Assembly: GCA_965153285.1 (NCBI GenBank)
Contig: OZ229119.1
Length of the DNA: 64,000 nt
From: Podarcis tiliguerta
Taxonomy: Eukaryota
Strand: one strand, 5' to 3'
Below, piece after piece: positions 50,585 to 61,190 of this stretch. The first letter of the stretch is position 1; every line of letters begins with the position of its first letter. Under the pieces are notes generated by a model. That model searched no databases and was not told where the DNA came from. It was given only the letters and a program-made list of their open reading frames with translations. The translations under genes and the position numbers were made by a program.

Positions 50585-50683
50585 GTTGCTATTGTTGTTT
50601 AGTCATTTAGTCGTGTCCGACTCTTCGTGACCCCATGGACCAGAGCACACCAGACACTTCTGTCTTCCACTGCCTCCCGCAGT
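50585..50683 (-). mobile_element. BovB (RTE LINE) 3' end fragment
   Basis: Minus strand reads gtccatggggtcacgaagagtcggacacgactaaatgactaaacaacaa, the characteristic BovB 3' terminus with a (CAA)n tail. Confidence 0.85.
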
Positions 50684-51951
50684 AGTTATAAATATATTTA
50701 AATAAATGCAAAAGTAAAACTTTCCTCTTCAAAATGAATATACTCGACTGTTTCAGATTCTCCAGACATAATTTGGCTTCTAGGCCATTCATTGTTCTTG
50801 TTACTTTACACTGGATCCCAAATTCCAACTGAGGTCTCCACAGAACTGAGGTTTTTTTAAAAATGGATTGGCCTTTCTATGTAACTTTCTACACCTCTCT
50901 GCTCCTGATATTTAGGGACTTACTTGCTTTCACATTTCTGTCTTGCATTAGCCGTCACCACAAGCTCTCACTAGTATAGAACTGCTTCTATCTGCTTTAG
51001 GAAGCCCAGAACACTTAAAGGCCTGCTCAAAGGACTGCCTTCCACTATACCTCACATAGGCATACTAGCAGACATCATTCATTGCAATCCTGTTCTCATA
51101 CTTTTTCACCATTCCATGGCATATTTTCAGGCTCGTTAAAAGCCACTTCCTAAGCCTAGGTGCCAAAACTTCCTTGAACAAGCTTCTCAGAGAGAGGACC
51201 ATCTCTGGCTATGATATCCTTGTTAAGCACAGGGGAAAGTAAGACACAGCAGGAAGTGCCATGAGCCTCTCTTCCACTCAGCCTCAGCAAGGGTGTTGTT
51301 ATATTCCGTCCACTTTAAGATTAAGACACTTCTGCTCATATTGAAGCTGGTTGAAAGAGGTAACCAAGACAATTCCTGCTCTCATATCCTCCTCTGTACC
51401 TGGAGCCTAGTAGGGCACTTAGCACCTAGTAGGGCTACTTAAATCTTCTCCTTCCTACCTAATGTTAAGCAAAACCGTATCAGATACCAACTGTATTGTC
51501 ACAAAAGGAGCTGCCAAATTTAATCAGGAGAACATTGTACTATCTTAAGAAAATTGGCACTTCCTGCTTTTAGACAAAATTTGGGGTCCACACAGCTCTA
51601 AGTTGTGGACACAAAGAATAACAATTTGTTTTCAGAGTTAAATAAAATTCCGCTAAGACTTCCTGCTAAACCATGCCAAGGGTCTATCAAGTCCTGTATT
51701 CAGATCTTTCTCCTGCTACAATTAGATCCTTATAAGTAGGAGAGCATCAGAACGTAAATGTAACCAGGGATGCAAGCCTGGAAGATTCCCTTTTGATGGC
51801 CTTTGTAAGCAACAACAAACGGAGACCAACCTGAAATGAACATTGCTAAAAGTGACATTAAGACATTCGAGAGTTGGCCTTTCTGGAGATATAACCAATA
51901 GGGAACAAATGTCCTTGTGATGTAAGGGGTCAACGCAGCAGATACGTTTAC

Positions 51952-52089
51952 CTCTGGAGGTGGAGGACTTAGAAGTAGGGCCCAGTTTTTCCTCCTCCTC
52001 TTTCTGACGGATGTGTGTCCAATGCACATCTGCCAAGATCTCCAGTGGATCAATCGGATTTACTATCTGCTGCAGCCTCAGGTTTCCAG
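51952..52089 (-). CDS. MICAL3: MICAL3 exon, 138 nt, symmetric phase 1 (AGNLRLQQIVNPIDPLEILADVHWTHIRQKEEEEKLGPTSKSSTSR)
   Basis: Acceptor tcttgtctgctag|CT and donor AGAG|gtaaac. Contains the conserved DPLEI.ADVHWTHIR motif. Confidence 0.93.
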
Positions 52090-53017
52090 CTAGCAGACAA
52101 GAGGCCAATGGTGGATCATGTTGATGGAGTGGCAAGGGATAAAAGGGAGGAAAAAGAGAGGGAAGGAAAAGGAGCACACACAATAGGAAAGAAATGAGGG
52201 AAAGGGAGGGAAAAATGAAAGAAGTTACTTGCTGAGATCAGCTGGCAAAAGAAGACAGGTAAAATTCAGCATCATGCATGCAAATGCTCCCATCCAGACT
52301 CACTCGCCCTCTCCCACACATGCACAGACAGGATTGCAGTTTGGAAATTCCACTCCATGCCAAAAATGGTTCAATGATGCATATTATTAATCAAGAATTC
52401 ACCATCTCAAAGTTTTCCTTTTAAGTATTATTACAGGAAAAGTCACATTCGACTAGTAACTGGATATCCATGCGCACAGAAAAAGTACACAAACCTGTAC
52501 TTTTTAGCATTCTTTGCTTAATACTAAGAAAACCCAGGAAGATGACATAACAGAATGATTTAGGTATAAAAAGTGACTTCTGTGTTCCCCTTCTTTTCTA
52601 GACAAAAGCATTTCAAAAAGTAACATGACTGTCCTATTTTTAATCAATACCCTTCTAATTTGACACAAATTGAGTTATAAAACTGAACTGTGGAAGGAAA
52701 AATGCTATTCAGAAGTGAGTGATGAATCCTGGTGGCCACGTGGCACCTCGTGCTGTCAAGTCCCCTTGATGCAAGTCCTTGGGTAAGTAGAGTTAGTGTT
52801 TATACCACATCACACAGCATTAGGAGTTAGAAGGGTGAGTTTCAACCAGCAAGAATTGAGAGTAGAAGGGAAATTTATAGAAACCTAGCAAGGCTTCCAA
52901 AGAGCAGGCCTCACCCTATCACTCCAAATTGTACCTTCTTATTCTGAATGCATTTCACCATTCCCAATTTCACTTGGCCAGTTAAGAGACCTTAAATGAA
53001 CATTTCTCCGATGGGAA

Positions 53018-53019
<2 letters not shown>

Positions 53020-53053
<34 letters not shown>

Positions 53054-53066
53054 TGTGAGAGAGAGA
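53020..53066. repeat. (TG)n/(GA)n compound microsatellite
   Basis: Direct observation. Confidence 0.9.
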
Positions 53067-53564
53067 TGTTTATCTGAGGGCAGCTAATTGGCCTTGTTAA
53101 CAATCATTACTCCTGTGTCCTTTACCTGATTTGTACAATCATAACTGAAACTGCATATAAAGCACTGAAGCTTTTTGTTTCAGTGTATCATGTATTCTGC
53201 AAAAAAGGGAACAAAAGGAATATGGTTCATGAGATAAAGTAGGCATCTCAGCACCCTTCACAGGCTTGACCTCTCTTCCCGGAAAATCAAAGCAGAAATA
53301 GGAACAGAAGATGGGCAGAGGCATCCTCTCTTTGATCACAGAAGTCTTTAATCAGATGTTGTATTTAATGCAAGAAAGCAAACAAACAGAATTTGAGCTG
53401 TAAATTTACAGGTTTTGTTCGCTCCTTATCTGGAAGTTAACAGTAATTCTCAATTACAACTAATTTGGTGAAACAACTTTAAAAAAATATGTTGCTTCAT
53501 GTGAAGCCTGCTCTTTGTAAAATGCCCCCCCCCTTTAGGGGAGGTGATGACAATGTGAGGGTAC

Positions 53565-53654
53565 CTTTAAATGTACCCGTGTCCTCTTCATTTGAGAGAC
53601 GTTGAAGCCAGAGGCCTTGCTGAAGTTCTCTCTCCCAAGGGTAATACTCTCCCT
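53565..53654 (-). CDS. MICAL3: MICAL3 candidate cassette exon, 90 nt, symmetric phase 1 (EGEYYPWERELQQGLWLQRLSNEEDTGTFK)
   Basis: Acceptor ctccccctgctgtag|AG after a long AG-free pyrimidine tract and donor AAAG|gtaccc. Open in the required frame and length divisible by 3. Confidence 0.7.
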
Positions 53655-55199
53655 CTACAGCAGGGGGAGTCACACATCCACAAATAGCATTGATACAGAA
53701 ATTAGAGCAGAACAAAGAAAAAGAGAAGGACAGAGAATCAGAAAGAACACAGCGATGTTTTAGGGAAATCCAGAAAGGTTCAGGACTGCTTCACCTATAA
53801 GAAACCTTACACAGATTTCACTTACGTGTACAGAATGAAATGCAATGTGTAGGAACACCACCCCATATGATGAACACCTGTCTACTTTGTTGTGTGTGCC
53901 TGTTGCAAAAAACTCTTTCCTTCTTCACGACAGGTATATATAAATTAATCACAGCTGTATATAGGGTTACAAGTAATTTCCTTGCCAAAAAGCAATATCT
54001 GTTCAGAGGAAAAAAAATCATGCTTGAAAGTGTTCTTCTGTTCCAAGGCATTCATCAACTAAATTTCTTTCTGATATCTTTCTGATGTGCAAATTTAAAT
54101 GAGCTGGTGGTAAAGGAATCCTGAGAACTTCACATTTGTAAACCTGCTTGAAGCAGAAGGTGCTGGCTTATCTGTCTCCAAGATGCAACTTTACAATTTT
54201 CAGGTACAGAAATATTTTGTAGTGATAGCTCCAACAGCAAGTTCCTTGGTCTGTTTAATAGCACAATTGAAGCTGCCTTGATCTCTGTTGTCTTTAACTC
54301 ATCAATGGCCTTTACTTAAAAGGCACTTTGTTCTTAAACAGGTGCTGAAAGAGATGTGTGATTTCTCCGGCAAATGAGGCCCATTTTGAAAGCTGAACTC
54401 CTCATTTGGAAGAGCCCCACCCCTGAAAGATGCATGTCTGATGAAACTGATCAGGTACCAGCCACCACGACAAAAAAGTGACTTGAGCAGCAAGGCTTTC
54501 TATCTCCACAAACAATCCTCAAAAGTAATTTAAAATGCCAACACCCTATAAATCCCTGAAGACTGACTATTATGCAGATTTATGGTTCCCAAACCTTTCA
54601 ATAACTGAGACACCTGCCTGTTCTGATCTGTAACTGATACTCCCTTAAGCAGTTAATGCAGAACTGCTCCCACTAGATGCAAGCATGAATATCTACACAC
54701 AACACTTTTTGTGACTCACTCTTGATTTCCCAACTACCTTAGGTGGTAATCCCTAGTTCAGACATGTGGTTTTCCACCCCCAATTAATCCATGTCTTAAC
54801 CAGTCATAAAGGAGCTGAGGAGGAAAACAAATCCAATTTCTGATCCAAGTGCAGACCCCTAAAAGCAGGGGTCCTTCTGGTCTGGAAGCAAATCTTTGTC
54901 CAACCTTTCTGCTGTTCACAGGCCTTTGCTGCTGGCTCCTAGTTCTGAGCTGTGATAGACTCTAAACCTATGCAAACACATCCAAGCCAAATAAATACAG
55001 CCTCTGAACATTTCATCACCAACAGCCACAGAAACATGCCAAACTTTTCACTTAACCTATTTACTGAATCACAGTTCCAGCCCTGACTTGCCTCTTCACC
55101 CTGCTACTGAACTACTTCCTTGGCCTGCAGGCAAATCAATCTTTCATTACTAACCCTGGCAATGGACCTTTGATCTCACCCAGCTGCCATCATGTAGGA

Positions 55200-55345
55200 T
55201 CATAAAAAGCTACCTATAGAGCATTTATCCATCTAGCTCAGTATAGCCTACATTGTCTGATGGTAGCTCTCCAGGGTTTTAGTCAGGTCTCACCCAGCCC
55301 TATCCAAAACTGCCGGGGATTGAGCCCAGGGTGCATTGTACAATT
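55200..55345 (-). mobile_element. Degenerate tRNA-headed SINE; a related copy lies at about 62187-62370 on the plus strand
   Basis: gggaagagcc...ctgggctcaatccccggca head on the minus strand, similar to gggaagggcatagctcactggtagaaca at 62189. Confidence 0.45.
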
Positions 55346-55394
55346 AAGCTTTGGCTCTTCCCCAAGCCTTTTGTATGGAGGAGTACCTGCCTGT

Positions 55395-56398
55395 TGAACC
55401 GGCTCCTCAAATTATAACTCTATTTTAAGCCTGAATGCAACATGTGACAACTGGGATGCTGCAACGTTCTGTCTTGGGCCCAGTGTTGTTCAATATCTTT
55501 ATGAATGACTTGGGTGTAGGTATGGAGGAGATACTCATCCAATTTGCAAAACTGGGAGGGGCAGCCAATGCTGCAGATGACAGAATGGGGATTCAAGACG
55601 ACCTCAACAGATTGCAGACCTGGGCCATAACTAACAAAATGAATTTCAGTAGGGGCAAATGTAAAGTTCTACACCTGGGCAGGAAGACCCAGGTGCACAA
55701 ATGTAAGATGGGCGACACCTGGATTGCAAGTAGTACATGTGAAAAGGATCTAGGGGTTTTAGTAGACCACAAGTTTCATAGATGTCAACATGCAGCAGCA
55801 AAAAAGGAAGAAAGCTACTTCTGTTCTAGGCTGCATCAACAGAAGCACAGTGCCCCGATCAAGGGAAGTCACTAGTCCTGCTTCGGTCAGACCACACCTG
55901 AAATACTGTGCCCAGTTCTAGGCACCACAATTTAAGAAGGATATTGGCAAGTTGGAACATGTGCAGAAAATGGTGACTAAGGTGATCAAGGGTCTGGAAA
56001 CCAAGCCTTATAAGGAATGATTGAGGAAATGTGGTATGTTCAGCTTGCTAAAGAGAGACTGAGAGGAGATATGATGACCATCTTCAAATATCTAAAGGGC
56101 TGTCACATGGAGGATGGAGCAAGCTTGTTTTCTTCTCCTCAGGAGGATAGGACCTGAACCAATGGATTCAAGTTACAAGAAAGGAGATTTTGACTAAACA
56201 TCAGGAAGATCTTTCTGACAGTTAAGAGCTGTTCAACAGCGGAATAGACTCTCACAATAGGTGGTGGGCTGTTATTCCTTGGAGGTGTTTAAACAGAGGT
56301 TGGATGGCCATCTGTCATGTATGATCTAGCTGAAATTCCTGCATTGCAGGGGGTTGGGCCGGATGACCCTTGGGGTTCCTTCCAATTCTATGTTGATT
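55395..56398 (+). mobile_element. 5'-truncated CR1 LINE with a degraded reverse transcriptase C-terminus and 3' UTR
   Basis: ORF 55435..55875 carries CR1 RT motifs (SVLGPVLFNIFMNDL, IQDDLNRL, KCKVLHLG, EKDLGVLVD). The FADD catalytic region is deleted and frameshifts follow. Tail ends ...ccaattctatg. Confidence 0.93.
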
Positions 56399-56822
56399 CC
56401 CAGACGTAAATTTGCAGACTGAAAAATGAAAACCTGGAACAGTGTTACAGAGATGAAAACCAGAGAGAGCAAGATAGGTTAGAGAAAATACAATTTTAAT
56501 AACTGCCAACTTGATGAAGACCACCACCTTGGGCCCAAATACTTCTTCTAAAGCTTTTTCATGGGACTTCCCAGTAGTCCGTAAACATGAGCCTCCAGCA
56601 GGTTTCTAGTCTTTGCACTGACTTCCAAGTTTTCCAAAAGAAATGGGAGATGCACTTTATATTTGATTATCTATTCTGTATGATGGCAATCTGTGATCAA
56701 TATGCCAGCCTGGGCTCCTTCAAGATCAATGGCAAGATATAAATTGAATAGCATTGAAAAAATAAAATTAATATACATATCGGAATCCATATCATGAGAA
56801 GCAATTGAAACTATCTACTAAC

Positions 56823-57061
56823 CTTCACTAGAGACTTCTTCCTCTTCTTCCCCCTCCTCCTCCTCCTCCTCTTCTTCCTCTTCCTCCTCTGCTTCATTGT
56901 CATGATTCTTCTCTGTGTCCAGCTCTTCCTCACTCTTGCCCTTCAGCATGGCATGTATCCGCACAGCCTCTTTCCAAGGCACACCACCCAGGTCAGAAGT
57001 GGGCTGCTGTGGCTGTTCTTCTTCCTCCTCCTCCTCTTCTTCCATCTCAGATTCTGAACTA
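56823..57061 (-). CDS. MICAL3: MICAL3 exon, 239 nt, phase 2 to 1, acidic poly-Glu (SSESEMEEEE...SDLGGVPWKEAVRIHAMLKGKSEEEL...EEVSSE)
   Basis: Acceptor ttttcctctgcag|T and donor GAAG|gttagt. Overlaps ORF 56818..57102. Confidence 0.95.
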
Positions 57062-59537
57062 CTGCAGAGGAAAATCAGGAAAGTCAGTAGATGATACTTC
57101 AACAGGGTTTTCCCCCCTGTGTGTACAAGCAGATGATTGTTTTAAAATAACCATAGCCAACAAAACAGAACAAACTGCCTCAAACCAGGTCAGAATATTT
57201 GTCCATCTATCCAAGGAGTGGGCAACTTTCAGCCCATAGACCAATCTTGGCCTGCTAGCGAGTCCACGAGGCCACTTTTCCACAACCATTGCCACATGTT
57301 CCCCACCCCTGCTCTTGACTATGACAGATTGGGGTCATTCAAAACAGAATTGAATCAGAATTTAGCACTGAAACACAACCTACATGTCAATTGTCAAGGG
57401 GTTTTATTCCCCACTCCCAGTTTGCAGCCAGTTTGAGGTCACTGTGGTCCCTTATTCCAAAAAGTCAAAAAGAGCCAGTCATGAGAGGAAGGTAACTAGT
57501 GCCCCCCCCCCACTCAGACACAATCAGCATCAATGGAATGACAGCCTCTTTCATTTCAGCACACGCCTTACTGAGGAATGATCCCATTAGAAGAAGAAAA
57601 CAACATTTAATCTTTATAGGCCTGTTACATATTCCTCTTAGAAAAGCAAGCTCCTCCTCTCCTGGAGGCTAAATCAACAGGAATTCACCCTTCTTTTCTT
57701 TGTCATATGTTTTACCCTTTTCCCCCTATCCATTTTTATTGGACAAAATCCAGCAGGAAATTCTCCAGTACAAAAAATATTTGAAAAGATTAGGAGGTAC
57801 ATATCTCCAACTCATTTCACTTAGAATTGTAGCAGCAAAAGTATACACTAAATTAATCTCGTTTTTGTTTTGTTTGTTCCCTGGCAAAACTATTGTTACT
57901 TTTGTTACAATTAAGAATAGCAGTGGGATTCTGTCTTTATTCACACAAACTGTGAAACCTTCCATTTGTTGCTTAGCCATCTATTTTCACAAAAGATGTG
58001 GGAACAGGTTTTTCACGACTTTTTAAAACCAGGCTGTTAAGTGAAATTATGGGCAAACTTCAGAAATGCATAATCCTTTTGGGAATTTTATCTAGACAAA
58101 GAAATGTTCGTTGTGATTTTCTCAACTCCTAAGAATGTGTTTTTCCAAACATTTGTGTTAAGAATTATTTTTTAAAAACAGCTTTTTATTTCAGTACATT
58201 GCCTGACAGATAGCTAGGCCCTCAAGGAGGAATGTTGGCTTTGCTTTGTTGGAAGAAGAAAAAAAAATCAGTTTTATGTTTACTGACACTTAAAAATAGT
58301 ATGCAACTCCCTGTCAAAGTGCAGAACACATGCTCAAATTACAAAAAAAGTGGAATTCAGGTTCTTTCTTCTAAAATATTTCTTTTAAAGGCTCCTAGTG
58401 CAAGCTGTGTTCAAGTGGAAGAAAAGTGAGGTGAAGCTGCTTAACCCCTTTCCACCTTGAGAGGACTTTGTCCAGAAAGATGACCTGTAAATGCCTTTAA
58501 AAATGATAAACTAAAGTTTCCCTTCAGCTAAAAATCATATTCCCCAAGTTCCTTTTCCACTCACAGTGGATGGAGGGGGAGAGAACAAGGCCCAGCCAGT
58601 CACATCTCTCAGGACTAGGCACCTTCAAACACACTTTGGCTTGCAAACTGGCTTATGATGCAATTTGTCTTATCTGATTATTTTGCATGGATATGGTTGT
58701 TATTTCAATAGGAACTTCTTCCTTTTTTTGTTCTGTTTCATTGCACTTTGTATTACTGCAAGTTTTACTTCAAGTTTTTCAAAAGGTTTGAAAGTCATAT
58801 GTTCTCTGACTGGCCTATTCCTGCTTAGTGCTTTTTAGCTTGGCTTGTGGTTGTCAGAACTGTGAAATGTATTTTAACTAGCTGGCTGAGAATGTTTTGG
58901 CTTCTGTCTAATGTAGTGCTAAGTGCCCCATAAGCACAAGAATTCCTGCTTGCACAATGTAGGGCTGCCATACCTCCAGAATTTCCCAGACACAGCTGGT
59001 ATTCGGCTCTCTTAAACAGCATTTGGGCAGAAAATCGCTGAAACGTCTGTGAAAATCTGGACATATGGCAGCCCATGTTGGAAGTGGAGATTTTTCCAAA
59101 TTTCATTAAAAGTTGCTCAGAAACTTTGGCAAAAAAGGAAAAGAAAAAGCTCAACAACTTTTGTGTCCAGATTTCCACTTTTTGAAATACGGCAACCCTA
59201 GCGCAATGAGACTTCCTCCCTTCTTTCCTCTGCACCCCATAAATTTGTTCTGGGGGTTCCCCCAACCTTCCAGAGTAGATTTTGAGAGGGCATACGGCAG
59301 ATGCAGGTGGAGGAGAGGGGAGAAAGTCCTGTTGCGCATGTGAGAATCCTTATTCAGCGTTGCACTGCATTTGATACAAGCCTTATTGGTTTTTATGGGG
59401 GAAACTCTGAGCCTTTTTGTATTATTGACATTTTTTTAAACTTCTACTCTTTCAAGCCACCTTGAACAGGCATTCTTTAGAAAGGCAGCCAAGTCATATT
59501 TTAAATAAATTAAGGCTTTTTAAAAAAGAAAAATAAC

Positions 59538-59733
59538 CTGCTGGGTACATCCTCTTCTGTTCCTTTGTCTAGCACACTGCTCAGGTTGTGCTCTGCCAAG
59601 GTCTCCTCAGGGACTTCTTCCAACTCCTCTTCCCGTTGTACCGAGAGACGGTAATTCTCCAGTTCAATCCGCTCTGGTGTGCCACGCAGTCTCTTTGCAA
59701 TGCTGGGTTCCTCTACGCCATTTACACTGGGAA
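59538..59733 (-). CDS. MICAL3: MICAL3 exon, 196 nt, phase 1 to 2 (PSVNGVEEPSIAKRLRGTPERIELENYR...EEDVPS)
   Basis: Acceptor ttttgttccccag|TT and donor CAG|gttatt. Encodes the conserved GTPERIELENYR motif. Confidence 0.93.
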
Positions 59734-60214
59734 CTGGGGAACAAAAATTAACAGGGGGAAAAGAGCATTATGAGCATTGATCCGGACTGTGAAAGTATTG
59801 TATTTGTTTCCATCAATGAGCCAAATTTGATTCTGGTTGATTCTCCTAATAAGAGATTTGACCATGAAAACTGCTACTAAAAAGCAGGATTTGAAAAAGA
59901 ACTAATAAGAGGGAATTTCTGCTTTGTTTCTGGAAAATGTCTACCTTATATTGACAAGTAATGCAACGTAAGAGGTGCAGGCTTAATTCACACATGTCGC
60001 CCAGTGAGGAGCCTGTTGGGTAGAGCAACCACCTCCAAGGAGAAAACTGAAGAAGAACCCCTTTCTTTGCTATGCTGCATTTCTTCCTACTAGAGTTCAA
60101 TTGTTGTTGCTGTATTTTTTAAACCTAGGGGACCATTCAAAAATGGTATACAAGTCTTCTCTCCCACCTCAGTCTGTTGCATGCATATATATGTTTATGC
60201 TCATTGGTTTGGAT

Positions 60215-60820
60215 TAGGGATGCCAGACATCCGCGGTTCTTGGGGACAGTCCCCGGATTTGCAAATCTGTCCCCGAACAAAATCCGTCGTCATAATATCC
60301 CCAGATTTGCAAATCCGTCCCTGGGAAGCGTGGCAGCGGCAGCCTCAGCAGCCTGGAGCCAGTCTCTTAGTGCAGTTGGCTCTGGCTGGCTTCAGGAAGT
60401 GCTCGCTGCTCACTGCCGTGGCACCCGCCATTTCCCCTGCAGCACGACAGCGAGCAGCTCCTGAAGCCAGCCAGAGCCAACTGCACTACCAGGCTGGCAC
60501 CTCCTGGCAACAGCCGCCCGCCCGTGACTCCCAAGCCTCCCCTGATCTGTCAAAACAAAGGGGGAAGGGGGAAGGAGATCAGGGTAGGCTCCAGAGTCAC
60601 GGGCGCGAGGAACGCCATTGCCCAGTCTCTGCGCATTTATGTTTCACAGGGTGCAAAAGAAGGGCTTTGCCCGTTTATACAATATGCATGTGTGCTTGGG
60701 CCCAAGGTCTTTTGCTTCACCATCCCCACTACTGACTCCCTGTTGCTACTCAGCTTCAAAAAAAAAAAAAAAAAAAAAAAAAGGGTCCCCAGATTAATTT
60801 TAAAAAATCTGGTAACCATA
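60215..60820. mobile_element. 606-bp non-autonomous hAT element
   Basis: TIRs TAGGGATGCCAGA...TCTGGTAACCATA with 8-bp TSD GTTTGGAT/GTTTGGGT. Internal inverted repeat at 60373-60483 and an A-run at 60758-60782. Confidence 0.85.
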
Positions 60821-61033
60821 GTTTGGGTTAATAAATACGGAACTGCTATCACTTCTTCCCTCATTTCTCACTTATTAACATGGATGAGAATCCCCTTTTC
60901 AACTCTAAACAGAGCACTGAGTGAATCATTAACTACCCTTACTATGAAAAAGATGACCAATCAAAGCTTATTCATATTTTTGTCCATTTTCGTAGGTATT
61001 TGCACCAGAGCTATGAAGGGTAAATAATAATAA

Positions 61034-61190
61034 AATCATAGAACCATAGAATTGTAGAGTTAGAAGGAACCATGAGGGTCATCTAGTCCAATCACCTACT
61101 ATGCAGGAATCTCAACTAGATCATGCATGATAGATAGTCATCTAACCTCTGCTTAAAAAAACTCTAAGAAAGGAGAGTCCACCACCTCTC
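61034..61190 (-). mobile_element. CR1 LINE 3' end fragment
   Basis: (CATAGAAT)-type tail, gagggtcatctagtccaa and gcaggaat; reverse complement of the CR1 3' UTR at 56270-56398. Confidence 0.8.

Larger units (their letters stand above)
10089..59733 (-). other. MICAL3: MICAL3 gene span, 3' coding portion (the monooxygenase, CH and LIM exons lie beyond the right end of the window)
   Basis: Spliced translation matches my recollection of human MICAL3 motifs in order: GTPERIELENYR, SDLGGVPWKEAVRIHA, ADVHWTHIR, LVEEFWMKSAEIRRSLGLTPV, KSFVESVDEIPFADDVEDTYD, KSLWKSVFSGYKKDKKKK, bMERB ...LSKGFNLNWS*. Core exons total 3401 nt, or 3722 nt with the cassettes, with the frame preserved. Confidence 0.97.

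Noticed and set aside
55435-55875. RT-like ORF as a functional or domesticated gene
   Set aside because: 5'-truncated, lacks the catalytic DD region and is frameshifted. It is a dead CR1 copy.
59940-60100. Possible internal alternative first exon (ATG...AAG|gtagac)
   Set aside because: Its phase-0 donor is incompatible with the phase-1 acceptor at 59733, and there is no promoter evidence.
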